Shown here: positions 26,477 to 34,454 of the stretch, in pieces
Numbering within the stretch: position 1 is the stretch's first letter
Layout: the number at the start of each line of letters is the position of its first letter
Origin: Pseudomonadota bacterium
Lineage (GTDB): Bacteria > Chloroflexota > Ktedonobacteria > Ktedonobacterales > JADMIN01
Length of the DNA stretch: 64,000 bases
Direction: 5' to 3'
Assembly (NCBI GenBank): GCA_021324535.1
Contig: JAJPIU010000192.1
Location: 82 to 64,081 of the forward strand
Position numbers and translations under genes: made by a program
Notes under the pieces: generated by a model
Told to the model about the DNA's origin: nothing
The model's input: the letters and a program-made list of their open reading frames with translations, nothing else
Database searches by the model: none

Positions 26477-26859
26477 CGGGGAAACAGATGCGGCGCAGCT
26501 ACCTGGCGCCGCTCACCGCAAACGCTTTCCGCCCGGCGCACGTCATCGGCGTTGAGAGCATCCCCTGAGACAATGGCAAACTCACCCTGTTTGGCGACCC
26601 GCTCTTGGGCCAATTCCTCTGGCAGATTCCCCTGTACACTGCCTGTGCCAGGTTGATAGCTATCGAGCGCCGCCACGAAGGCAGGGAGGCGCCGATGCAG
26701 GATGCTCAAGAAAATCTCCTCTTCGCGCGCAAAGTGCTTATACAGCGCGCCTTCGGAAAGCCCCACTTCATTGGCAATCCCCTGTGTGGTCGCATGCGCC
26801 GCTCCCTTTTCTTGGAGCAAGCGCGTAGCGACATCGAGTATCTGTTCGCGTGTTGACAT
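26467..26859 (-). CDS. TetR-family regulator, abnormally short (about 130 aa), possibly truncated
   Basis: Canonical TetR HTH (ILDVATRLLQEKGAAHATTQGIANEVGLSEGALYKHF). The ligand-domain part is short and un-TetR-like, and its 3' end overlaps the convergent 24422..26476 gene by 10 nt. Confidence 0.6.
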   Translation of the reverse strand: MSTREQILDVATRLLQEKGAAHATTQGIANEVGLSEGALYKHFAREEEIFLSILHRRLPAFVAALDSYQPGTGSVQGNLPEELAQERVAKQGEFAIVSGDALNADDVRRAESVCGERRQVAAPHLFPRYT

Positions 26860-26877
26860 AGAGCTTTCCCTCGCCAA

Positions 26878-26907
26878 GCGAAGTAGGTGGGTGTTCACTT
26901 ACTTCGC
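26878..26907. promoter_or_regulatory. palindromic operator candidate GCGAAGTAGGTG-N6-CACTTACTTCGC
   Basis: 12-bp arms with one mismatch, 19 nt upstream of the TetR ATG (26859). This geometry is typical of TetR autoregulatory sites. Confidence 0.5.
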
Positions 26908-26982
26908 ATTTCATATGACAGTGAGCGATTACTTACCTTGTCAAGAGACGCCGCTCAGATCGCTCCTGGCTGTTCTCGAATC

Positions 26983-29466
26983 TTACGACAACGGGAGCAG
27001 CGTCAGCGTATTTGCGCTGATCTGCGCCTGCGTGGGATGCGCGATACCCAGCCCTGTATGTGCGCCCAGCGGCAGGAACACGATGTCTTGCTCCAGCAGT
27101 TCCTTCGCCGTGATGAGCGTCAACCCGTCGGTCTGTGGCTGAAACCAGCTATGCGTATCGCGTGTCACCTGCGCACGAACACTCAACCCTGGCGTTCCCA
27201 CCAGTCCGGCGGGCAGCGCGAACGCCAGCGTGATGCCTTCACCGGCTACCCAGGCCCCCGGCGCACAGGTCAGCGTGATCTTCTCCGACGCATGTCCGGG
27301 CGCAGCCAGCATGAAGTGGAAACTATATTCATAGACCGCCGGGCCGGGTGGTGTGGTGGTCAAGGCTGTCCACCGCGTGATGATGCGCGCAGGCAGGTTC
27401 TCTGCGGCAGGAGCCATTTCTGTCGCGTCGAGCCGTAGTTCGCCGTTGACTACCGCCCCCGCAGTCTCCTCGCCAGATGGATTCGGCGCAATCTCATAAA
27501 GGGGATAGCTTGCCCCGCGCGCCATCGGGATACGCTCCACGAGCCGCGCGTCCGGGCCGACGAGGAGGCTTGCCAGGGCGAGGCCAGGCTTCCCTATCAC
27601 CAGGAGCGGCGCAGGCCCGGCGTCATGTGGCGGCGTCAGCGCGCATCCCTGGCTGGTATAGCTCGTCCAGTGGGGGCCATTGCCCATCAAGTTTTGCCGT
27701 TGCGCCCAATAGAGACCCAGATAGGGATCAGCCGGATCGGCGGCGATATACGCCTGTGCGCCATGCCAGGCGCTCACCCGCGCGTTGGCGACCGCCAGTG
27801 CCCCAGTGTAGCTGGCGATGGGAACGCCTCCCCATGAAGCCGCTGTCGCCATGCCAGTGACGAGTGTCACCACAAAGGCTCCCGTCGCTACTGTCTGTGC
27901 TATGCCAAGAGCGCCACCAATTCCCACCACCAGTCCGCCCGCCCTACGTAGCAGACGCGCCAGCCCGGCAAGCCCCCAACCAATCATCAGATACAGCACA
28001 GGCGTCAGGATATACGCATAATGGATATAGATTGGCGCGGCATGGCGCACTGTTACAGCGAGGAAGAGCGCCGTCCAGAGCACAAGCGGTAGTCGTGCCC
28101 GCCAGTCCCCACCCCAGACCCCCCCTTCGCGTGGCGGGGGAGGGGAGTTTTTGGCGACGGATGCGCTTTGGCGTGGCGGCTGTGTTCGCTTACGCTCCCG
28201 ATGCCTTCTGAGGAGTCGCCGAGCGCCTATCAGAAGCGAGACACCCAGCGAGAGCGCCATCGCCAGCGCGCTCATGGCCCACAGCGCCAACATCATCATA
28301 CCCAGCCAGCCAAACGTAGGCGCCACAGCGGCATAGGGAGTCCCGCCGCCAAGATAGTCCGCTGGGAGCGCGCCGATGGCCTGCCCAAGCAGCATGAACA
28401 CCTGTCCATCCACATGCGAGGGCATATGCAGATACGCCTGATAAGCGCGCACATCATAGCCGCCACTTACTCGCTCGAAGAGATACGTTGGCGTAAAGAG
28501 CAGCGTGAGCACGCCAAGCGCCAGCGGAACGTCCAGCAGCCAGCGCACGCTTCGCCAACGTAGCGCCACCCCAAGCAGCGTCAATGGGGCCAGAGTGATC
28601 GTCAGCGGATAGACCTGAACGAGCGCCGCCAGAAGGGCGACATGCGGCGCAAGCCAGTGGCGCTTGCCATCCACCAGACCCAGGTAGAGTGTCCACAGGG
28701 CGCCGAGCAGCAGTGGCGGAACGAGCGTCTGCTGCCAGATGAACACCGACATCCAGGTGGGGTAGGTGGCCGTCGCGAAGAGCAGTCCCGCCAGCAGTCC
28801 AGTCGCTCGCCCAAAGTAGCGCGCGCCGAAGAGATAGGCGCCCCCGATGGTCAGTGTATTCGCGACGCCAGTGAGAATCGCCATCCCTAGCGGTTGTGTG
28901 GCGAAGAGTAGTAAGACCCACGTATACAATGGCATATTGAGCGCCAGCAACGAGTTGAAGATGCCGGTGGCAGGCAGCGTGTGCTCGCTCACCGCGCGCG
29001 CCGCTTCGAGCATCAGCAGCGAGTCATCCGAGGTGAAGGGCGAACGCGCCAGCGGCGGCAGTCGCAGCAACGCCGCCACCCCCACCACCAGCCAGAACTG
29101 CCACTGCATCGTCCGCGCTGGCGTAGAGCGCCGCATATCTGAAAGAGCATTTCGCCAGCGGCGTGAGAGATGGTTACTGGCTGTCGCCTCGGCGCCCTGA
29201 GGGATAGTGGGAACATGGGACGCCGGTTTTCCTGTGGTTGGCGGCTTCTTTGGCGTTGGCGCCTGCTTGGCTTGTGTGGAGCGTGTGGAGCGTGTGGAGC
29301 GTGTGGAGCGTGTGGTTGTGGCTGGGGAGGCGCGTCGTCGGCGTGTGTGTGTATGGCTTGCCTGCTGGGCATGCGTTGGCGCCTGGCGTTGTGCGGGGCC
29401 ACGGCGATGCTGGCCCCGATCTTTATGGCGCCGCTTGCCGTGTCGTGTCGCGCCAGACGTTGCCAT
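26983..29466 (-). CDS. GT-C fold glycosyltransferase (family 39 / ArnT-PMT-like) polytopic membrane protein
   Basis: Basic, disordered N-terminus, then more than 10 hydrophobic helices. A first-loop acidic motif (SPFTSDDSLL) fits GT-C enzymes. The roughly 270-aa C-terminal domain is soluble. Confidence 0.65.
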   Translation of the reverse strand: MATSGATRHGKRRHKDRGQHRRGPAQRQAPTHAQQASHTHTRRRRASPATTTRSTRSTRSTRSTQAKQAPTPKKPPTTGKPASHVPTIPQGAEATASNHLSRRWRNALSDMRRSTPARTMQWQFWLVVGVAALLRLPPLARSPFTSDDSLLMLEAARAVSEHTLPATGIFNSLLALNMPLYTWVLLLFATQPLGMAILTGVANTLTIGGAYLFGARYFGRATGLLAGLLFATATYPTWMSVFIWQQTLVPPLLLGALWTLYLGLVDGKRHWLAPHVALLAALVQVYPLTITLAPLTLLGVALRWRSVRWLLDVPLALGVLTLLFTPTYLFERVSGGYDVRAYQAYLHMPSHVDGQVFMLLGQAIGALPADYLGGGTPYAAVAPTFGWLGMMMLALWAMSALAMALSLGVSLLIGARRLLRRHRERKRTQPPRQSASVAKNSPPPPREGGVWGGDWRARLPLVLWTALFLAVTVRHAAPIYIHYAYILTPVLYLMIGWGLAGLARLLRRAGGLVVGIGGALGIAQTVATGAFVVTLVTGMATAASWGGVPIASYTGALAVANARVSAWHGAQAYIAADPADPYLGLYWAQRQNLMGNGPHWTSYTSQGCALTPPHDAGPAPLLVIGKPGLALASLLVGPDARLVERIPMARGASYPLYEIAPNPSGEETAGAVVNGELRLDATEMAPAAENLPARIITRWTALTTTPPGPAVYEYSFHFMLAAPGHASEKITLTCAPGAWVAGEGITLAFALPAGLVGTPGLSVRAQVTRDTHSWFQPQTDGLTLITAKELLEQDIVFLPLGAHTGLGIAHPTQAQISANTLTLLPLS
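29274..29315. repeat. in-frame 9-bp tandem repeat (GTGTGGAGC) x4.7, encoding (RST)4 on the minus strand
   Basis: Four perfect units at 29274-29309 plus a partial unit. It lies in the N-terminal tail of the GT-C gene (..TTTRSTRSTRSTRSTQ..). Confidence 0.95.
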
Positions 29467-29561
29467 CTACAACGCCTCCTGCTTCGCATACCCCCTATAC
29501 CAAATATAGTATGCTATCATCGCAACATGCTTGCCATCGGGTCGCCCAGATGACGGCCCTA

Positions 29562-30063
29562 CTACTTGCGCTTGCCTGCCTCCGCTTCAAGATGATTCCA
29601 CACTCTGGTAAATCCCATAGCCATCCTCATCTCGTGGGGCGTTTTCTTTGTCTCCTCACGAACAATCTGCGTACCCTGAACAATGATCTCTTCCACCAGC
29701 CCAGGAATATCAAATTGGGCGCGGCGTTCGCGGATGGGATCGAGGAACCGGTTCAATGCAGCCGCCAGCTTGCGCTTAACCTCGACATCGCCAACCCTGC
29801 CTGCCCGATAACACTCCTTCAAGCCTTCTACCTCGGCCAGGTTATCGTTGAAAGCGCATCCAATACCAGTTCTCGCGCGTTCTCGCCAGACTCCTGGATA
29901 TGCTCCGGGGAGTTCTTCGTCGTGAGCATGTGGAGATCGGTAATGATGAAGTAGCTTTGGTAGGTATGCTGGTATTTGATGCGATTCTTGAGGCTGCCCA
30001 CATAGTGGCCCAAATGTAATTTCCCCGTTGGCGGTCTCCGGTGAGCAGACGTTGTTTTGGCAT
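29562..30063 (-). pseudogene. trpS: tryptophan--tRNA ligase relic (frameshifted, internally deleted)
   Basis: MPKQRLLTGDR, then after a 1-nt frame slip near 30026-30033, PTGKLHLGHYVGSLKNRIKYQ..FIITDLHMLT (HIGH region). At about 29850 it jumps in a third frame to the C-terminal ..VGDVEVKRKLAAALNRFLDPIRERR... About 180 residues are missing, including KMSKS. Confidence 0.7.
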
Positions 30064-30099
30064 ACTCGTTGTCTCCTATGTCTCCTGTTATTCCTTCTC

Positions 30100-30903
30100 T
30101 CACCCGTGCGCTGGCGGGCGCGCGCCAAACAGGCCACGTCCAATGCGCACAATGGTCGCGCCTTCCTCGATGGCGACCGGATAATCGTCGGTCATGCCCA
30201 TCGAGAGTTCTCGCCAGCCGCCATCATTATCCTCTCCCTGCGGCGCGGTCTCGCGTAGCCGGTCACGTAGCTCACGCAGCCGCCGAAACACCGGACGTAC
30301 CTCCTCAGGATCGCTGACGAGCGGCGCGACCGTCATCAACCCTTGCGGGAGTACATGCGGCAGATTGGTGATGGCGCCCACCACCGCCAACACATCGTCA
30401 GGCGCAAACCCACTCTTGCTGGCCTCGCCCGCCACGTTCACTTCGAGGAGGATTGGCAAGCGCACATCAGGATTGAACTGCTCGGCTCGGCGGTCAAGCT
30501 CCTGCGCCAACCGCACGCTATCCACGCTCTGGATGCGCGCAAATTGTTCGACGGCGCGCATGGCTTTGTTCGTTTGCAGATGGCCGATTAACTCCCAGCG
30601 AATTGCCGCGCATTCGGTCGGCGTTTGTCCCTGGCCGAGCGTCTCACGCAGGTGGTCTTGCTTCTCCTGCGCCTCCTGTACGCGGTTTTCGCCAAAGGTG
30701 GCGAAGCCAAGCCGAGCCGCTGCCAGCATGCGTTCCAAAGCGACGGTCTTCGTCACCGCGACGATGAGCACATCTTCAGGATGACGGCCAACGCGCGCAG
30801 CAGCCTCAGCCACGCGCGCCCGCACAGCAGCGGCGTTCTCCACCAGATCGCCAGGGATGGCGTTGTCGAACTCGCTCATAAATAGATTGGCTTTCTGTTT
30901 CAC
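30100..30903 (-). CDS. yggS: YggS-family pyridoxal-phosphate homeostasis protein
   Basis: AVTKT PLP-lysine motif, FGENRVQE, and C-terminal GMTDDY..A..EGAT.VRIG. Confidence 0.9.
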   Translation of the reverse strand: MKQKANLFMSEFDNAIPGDLVENAAAVRARVAEAAARVGRHPEDVLIVAVTKTVALERMLAAARLGFATFGENRVQEAQEKQDHLRETLGQGQTPTECAAIRWELIGHLQTNKAMRAVEQFARIQSVDSVRLAQELDRRAEQFNPDVRLPILLEVNVAGEASKSGFAPDDVLAVVGAITNLPHVLPQGLMTVAPLVSDPEEVRPVFRRLRELRDRLRETAPQGEDNDGGWRELSMGMTDDYPVAIEEGATIVRIGRGLFGARPPAHG

Positions 30904-30984
30904 TCACAAAGCAACGGACCCCTGGTCAGCGTCTCACGAACGTCGAGTCCACCTACGCGGACTTCGTGGCCCCTCGGCGCGGTT

Positions 30985-32145
30985 TCAACCACCAGCCGCA
31001 TCACTTGCCTCTTGAAATCGCCGCAGCCGAAAACGATCCAGTGGGAAGGCGGGCGGCTTATCGAGCGCCAGCGCGGCAAGCAGTTCGCCTATCAACACGC
31101 CAAACTTGAAGCCGTGGCCTGAGAAGCCCGAGCCAATCACCACGCCTCGCCCAGCTGGATGGTCGTCAAGGATGAAATCCTCATCGGGCGTCATATCATA
31201 GCGGCAGCGATCCGCAAACGCAAGTGGCGCATCCGCCGCCGAGGGAAGCCGCCGTCGCATGAAGGCCTGCACCGCCTCGATCTCACGCTCATCCGGCGGA
31301 TATGGCTCGTTGGGATCGGAGGTCGGGCCAATGACGTGCGAGGCGACCTTAAGCCAGCCCGGCCCCTGCAATGGGAAGCCGTAGAAGCCACCCTCGCCAA
31401 TCCCCGCCAGAAAGACAGGAAACACGCCCACGCCGAATTGCTCCGCTGGCAGACCATCAAAGTAGATGATCTGCTGGCGGGTCGCGCGCACTGGCAGCCG
31501 CAGATCGGGCAACACATCGTGTACCCACGGCCCTGCGGTGACAATCACGCGATCCGCAGTGAGCGTTGACCCGTCGCTGACCGTGACGCGCCCCTGTTCA
31601 CCCTGCGCGCCAGTTGGCTCAACGCGCGTCACCTGTACCCCCTCACGCAATACACCGCCGTGCGCCGAGAGGCGATCCCTCAGCGCCAGCAGACACTCCG
31701 AGGCGTGGAGCATGCCGCCCTGTGGTGTATAGACAATCACATCCTCATCGGTGACGACGAACTGAGGGAAACGCGCCCGCACCTCCTCAGAGGGCAACCG
31801 CTCGACAAGCACATTTTCGTCGCGCATGACCTCGTAGCCGGACAGCGTCTCGCCATCCTCAGCCTTGCCCAGAGACAGCACGCCCGTCTCGGTATAGAGA
31901 TGGCGGCCGGTTTCGCGGGCAAGGTCATCCCACAGCGCAAGACTGCGTGTGACCATACGGGTGTAGATCGCTCTGGAGCCGTAGGCATGGCGGATGGCGC
32001 GCGACAGCCCATGCGAAGACGCCCACTCGTGCCCAAGCGTGTAGCGTTCGAGCACAGTGACATCCACACCGCGCCCGGCCAGCGCACAGGCGGTCGCCAT
32101 GCCAATCACACCTCCGCCCACCACAATCGCCGCCTGATTTGCCAT
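30985..32145 (-). CDS. FAD-dependent oxidoreductase, sarcosine oxidase / N-methyltryptophan oxidase-like
   Basis: N-terminal VVGGGVIGMATA dinucleotide fold, C-terminal GFSGHGFKF motif, and the DAO-family pattern throughout. Confidence 0.8.
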   Translation of the reverse strand: MANQAAIVVGGGVIGMATACALAGRGVDVTVLERYTLGHEWASSHGLSRAIRHAYGSRAIYTRMVTRSLALWDDLARETGRHLYTETGVLSLGKAEDGETLSGYEVMRDENVLVERLPSEEVRARFPQFVVTDEDVIVYTPQGGMLHASECLLALRDRLSAHGGVLREGVQVTRVEPTGAQGEQGRVTVSDGSTLTADRVIVTAGPWVHDVLPDLRLPVRATRQQIIYFDGLPAEQFGVGVFPVFLAGIGEGGFYGFPLQGPGWLKVASHVIGPTSDPNEPYPPDEREIEAVQAFMRRRLPSAADAPLAFADRCRYDMTPDEDFILDDHPAGRGVVIGSGFSGHGFKFGVLIGELLAALALDKPPAFPLDRFRLRRFQEASDAAGG

Positions 32146-32254
32146 TGGCGCTGCCCTTTCCTCATACTACGCTGTTTACGCTGTGCTGTGGGCATTGTAT
32201 GACGACCAGCAGGTATGCGCAAGCACGTCGAAGCGGTTCATGCGGCTCTCCCCC

Positions 32255-32283
32255 TTGACATCTCCTCGCTGGCATGGTATTGT
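32255..32283 (+). promoter_or_regulatory. hrcA operon promoter TTGACA-N17-TATTGT
   Basis: Consensus -35 at 32255-32260 and -10 at 32278-32283. The CIRCE element begins 9 nt downstream. Confidence 0.6.
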
Positions 32284-32291
32284 CAAAAGTG

Positions 32292-32318
32292 TTAGCAGTC
32301 ACCAGATACGAGTGCTAG
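32292..32318 (+). promoter_or_regulatory. CIRCE operator (HrcA binding site)
   Basis: TTAGCAGTC-N9-GAGTGCTAG versus the consensus TTAGCACTC-N9-GAGTGCTAA, with one mismatch per arm. It is correctly placed between the promoter and hrcA. Confidence 0.8.
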
Positions 32319-32388
32319 CGGCAATGTCGCTAAGTCGCCAGCGATCACTGTGGGGCGTGCGTATAGCGCGCCGGAAAGTGTTGGTGAG

Positions 32389-33480
32389 ATGTCGAGGTTA
32401 TCGCCAGATCGACGCCTCAGTCCGCGCAAGGAGGCCATTCTCCGTGCGCTCATCGAGGAATACATTCGCGCGGGTGAGCGCGACGCCGCGCCCGAACCGA
32501 TCTCGTCAAAGCAGCTTTCCGAGCAACTGACGCAGCTCTACGGGCCAGGCTATAGCCCGGCCACCGTGCGCAACGAAATGGCGATGCTCGAAGAGGAAGG
32601 GCTGATCTATCAGCCGCATGTGTCCGCAGGGCGCGCGCCAACCGACCTGGGCTATCGCTACTTTGTCGAGTGGCTGATGAGCGAGTCACAGCTTTCGCTC
32701 GAAGAGCAACGCCTGATCAATCACCAGTTTTTCCAGGTGCAACGGCGGCTGGATGAGTGGGTGCGGCTGACCGCCTCGGTGCTGGCGCAGGCGCTTGAAA
32801 GCGCAGCCGTCGTCACATCGCCGCGCAGCGCGCAGGGTTGCCTGAAGCACTTCGAGATACTCGCGCTGTATGAGACGGTCGCTTTGATCGTGCTGGTGCT
32901 CGAAGATGGCACGGTACGGCAGGAACGCATTGTGCTGGATGAGCCGCGCAATCAGGACGAACTGAGCCACCTGGCCGGTCGCCTGAACGCACGCTTCCAG
33001 CACGCCACCGCCCAGACGATCAACGCGCTTGCGGAGGAAACCCTCCCGGCGCAGACAGCTGACGAGCGGCAGGTGATCGAATCGCTGGCGCGTATGCTGA
33101 CTCAGGCTGACATCTTCTCACCCGACGCCTTCTACCATGATGGACTGGTGCGGATGTTGCAATCGGGCGAGTTCTCGCACGCCGATCCTGAGCGCATTCG
33201 CAACGTCGTCGAGGTGCTCGAACGCAACCGCTATCTGCCCGCCATCGCCAGTCAGGCGCTTTCGCGCGAGGGCGTACAGGTGATCATTGGAGCCGAGAAC
33301 GAGGCCGACCCGCTCAAAGACATGAGCGTGATCGTTTCGCGCTACGGCGCCGAGGGACAGCTTGGGGGACTGGTGGGCGTAGTGGGGCCAACGCGCATGC
33401 AATACGGGCGCGCCATCGCCATCGTTCGCTATCTGACGCAACTGCTCAACGACCTGCTCTCAGAGACCTACGGCGCATAG
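32389..33480 (+). CDS. hrcA: heat-inducible transcription repressor HrcA
   Basis: LSPRKEAILRALIEEYI..PISSKQL winged-helix N-terminus. The family pattern holds throughout, and it heads a grpE-dnaK-dnaJ operon. Confidence 0.9.
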   Translation: MSRLSPDRRLSPRKEAILRALIEEYIRAGERDAAPEPISSKQLSEQLTQLYGPGYSPATVRNEMAMLEEEGLIYQPHVSAGRAPTDLGYRYFVEWLMSESQLSLEEQRLINHQFFQVQRRLDEWVRLTASVLAQALESAAVVTSPRSAQGCLKHFEILALYETVALIVLVLEDGTVRQERIVLDEPRNQDELSHLAGRLNARFQHATAQTINALAEETLPAQTADERQVIESLARMLTQADIFSPDAFYHDGLVRMLQSGEFSHADPERIRNVVEVLERNRYLPAIASQALSREGVQVIIGAENEADPLKDMSVIVSRYGAEGQLGGLVGVVGPTRMQYGRAIAIVRYLTQLLNDLLSETYGA

Positions 33481-33548
33481 CTGGATAGCGGTTAGAGAAC
33501 ACCTGCTACTGAACAAGATACAAGGGAAATGTAAGGAGAAGGGCATAT

Positions 33549-34295
33549 ATGGCTGACGGTTCGCCAGAAGAGGCTGCGTCCGAACAGGCGGCTCCCAGCG
33601 CCGAGACGCTAGCGTCGGAGACGAGCAGCGCCGACGAGGGGCCAGCCGAATTGCAGCAAATTCGCTCCCTGCGTCTGAGCATCGCCGAGCTTGAGCGCAA
33701 GCTGGCCGAGACGGAGCGTGCACTAGCCGAGGAACGCGACCACGCCGCCGACTATATGCGTCGCTGGCAGAGCGCCCAGGCCGACTTCTCCAACTACAAG
33801 CGGCGCGCCCAGCAAGAGCAAGAGCAGCGAGACCGTCTGCTGGCCGCCCAGGCGCTTGCGCCCGCCATCGTGGCGCTTGATAGCCTTGAACGCGCCTTTC
33901 TGGCGCTGCCAACCTCGCTACGCAGCTTCTCGTGGATCGAAGGGATCGCGCTGGTTGAGCTTCAGTTGCGCCGCGCGCTCGAATTGCAAGGCATTCGCCA
34001 GATCGAGGTGAGCGCAGGGCAGCCATTTGATCCCGCTCGCCACGAGCCAATCGGCGAGGTCGAAAGCGATCAACATCCAGCCGGAGCCGTCGCGGTGGTC
34101 GTTCAGCCGGGGTATGAGGCGTATGGGCGCCTGATTCGCCCGGCGCTCGTCCAACTGGCGCGTGCGCCGCAAACAACACAAACTGATCGATCTGCGCAAC
34201 CGGCACAAACAGACGAACAAGACCAACCCAGCAAAGGAGCCAACGAAACCGACGAAAGCAACGAAACCAAAGGAGCTAGTGAAACAACTGGATAA
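33549..34295 (+). CDS. grpE: nucleotide exchange factor GrpE
   Basis: ADFSNYKRRAQQE coiled-coil signature and the C-terminal beta-domain HEPIGEVE..V.QPGY. It also has an acidic, repeat-encoded C-terminal tail. Confidence 0.9.
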   Translation: MADGSPEEAASEQAAPSAETLASETSSADEGPAELQQIRSLRLSIAELERKLAETERALAEERDHAADYMRRWQSAQADFSNYKRRAQQEQEQRDRLLAAQALAPAIVALDSLERAFLALPTSLRSFSWIEGIALVELQLRRALELQGIRQIEVSAGQPFDPARHEPIGEVESDQHPAGAVAVVVQPGYEAYGRLIRPALVQLARAPQTTQTDRSAQPAQTDEQDQPSKGANETDESNETKGASETTG

Positions 34296-34454
34296 TCCAG
34301 GCAGACCAAGCGACCCAAGCACAAAACAAAAACTATGTCGAGCCTGTCTGAAGGTAGAAGCCGTCTGGCCGAGTCGCGCTAGCAAGCTAGAGCGAGAATG
34401 CCAGCGTGTTTCTCCATCATAAGTTGAACAGAGTATACAGTTGAGGAGGGCCAA

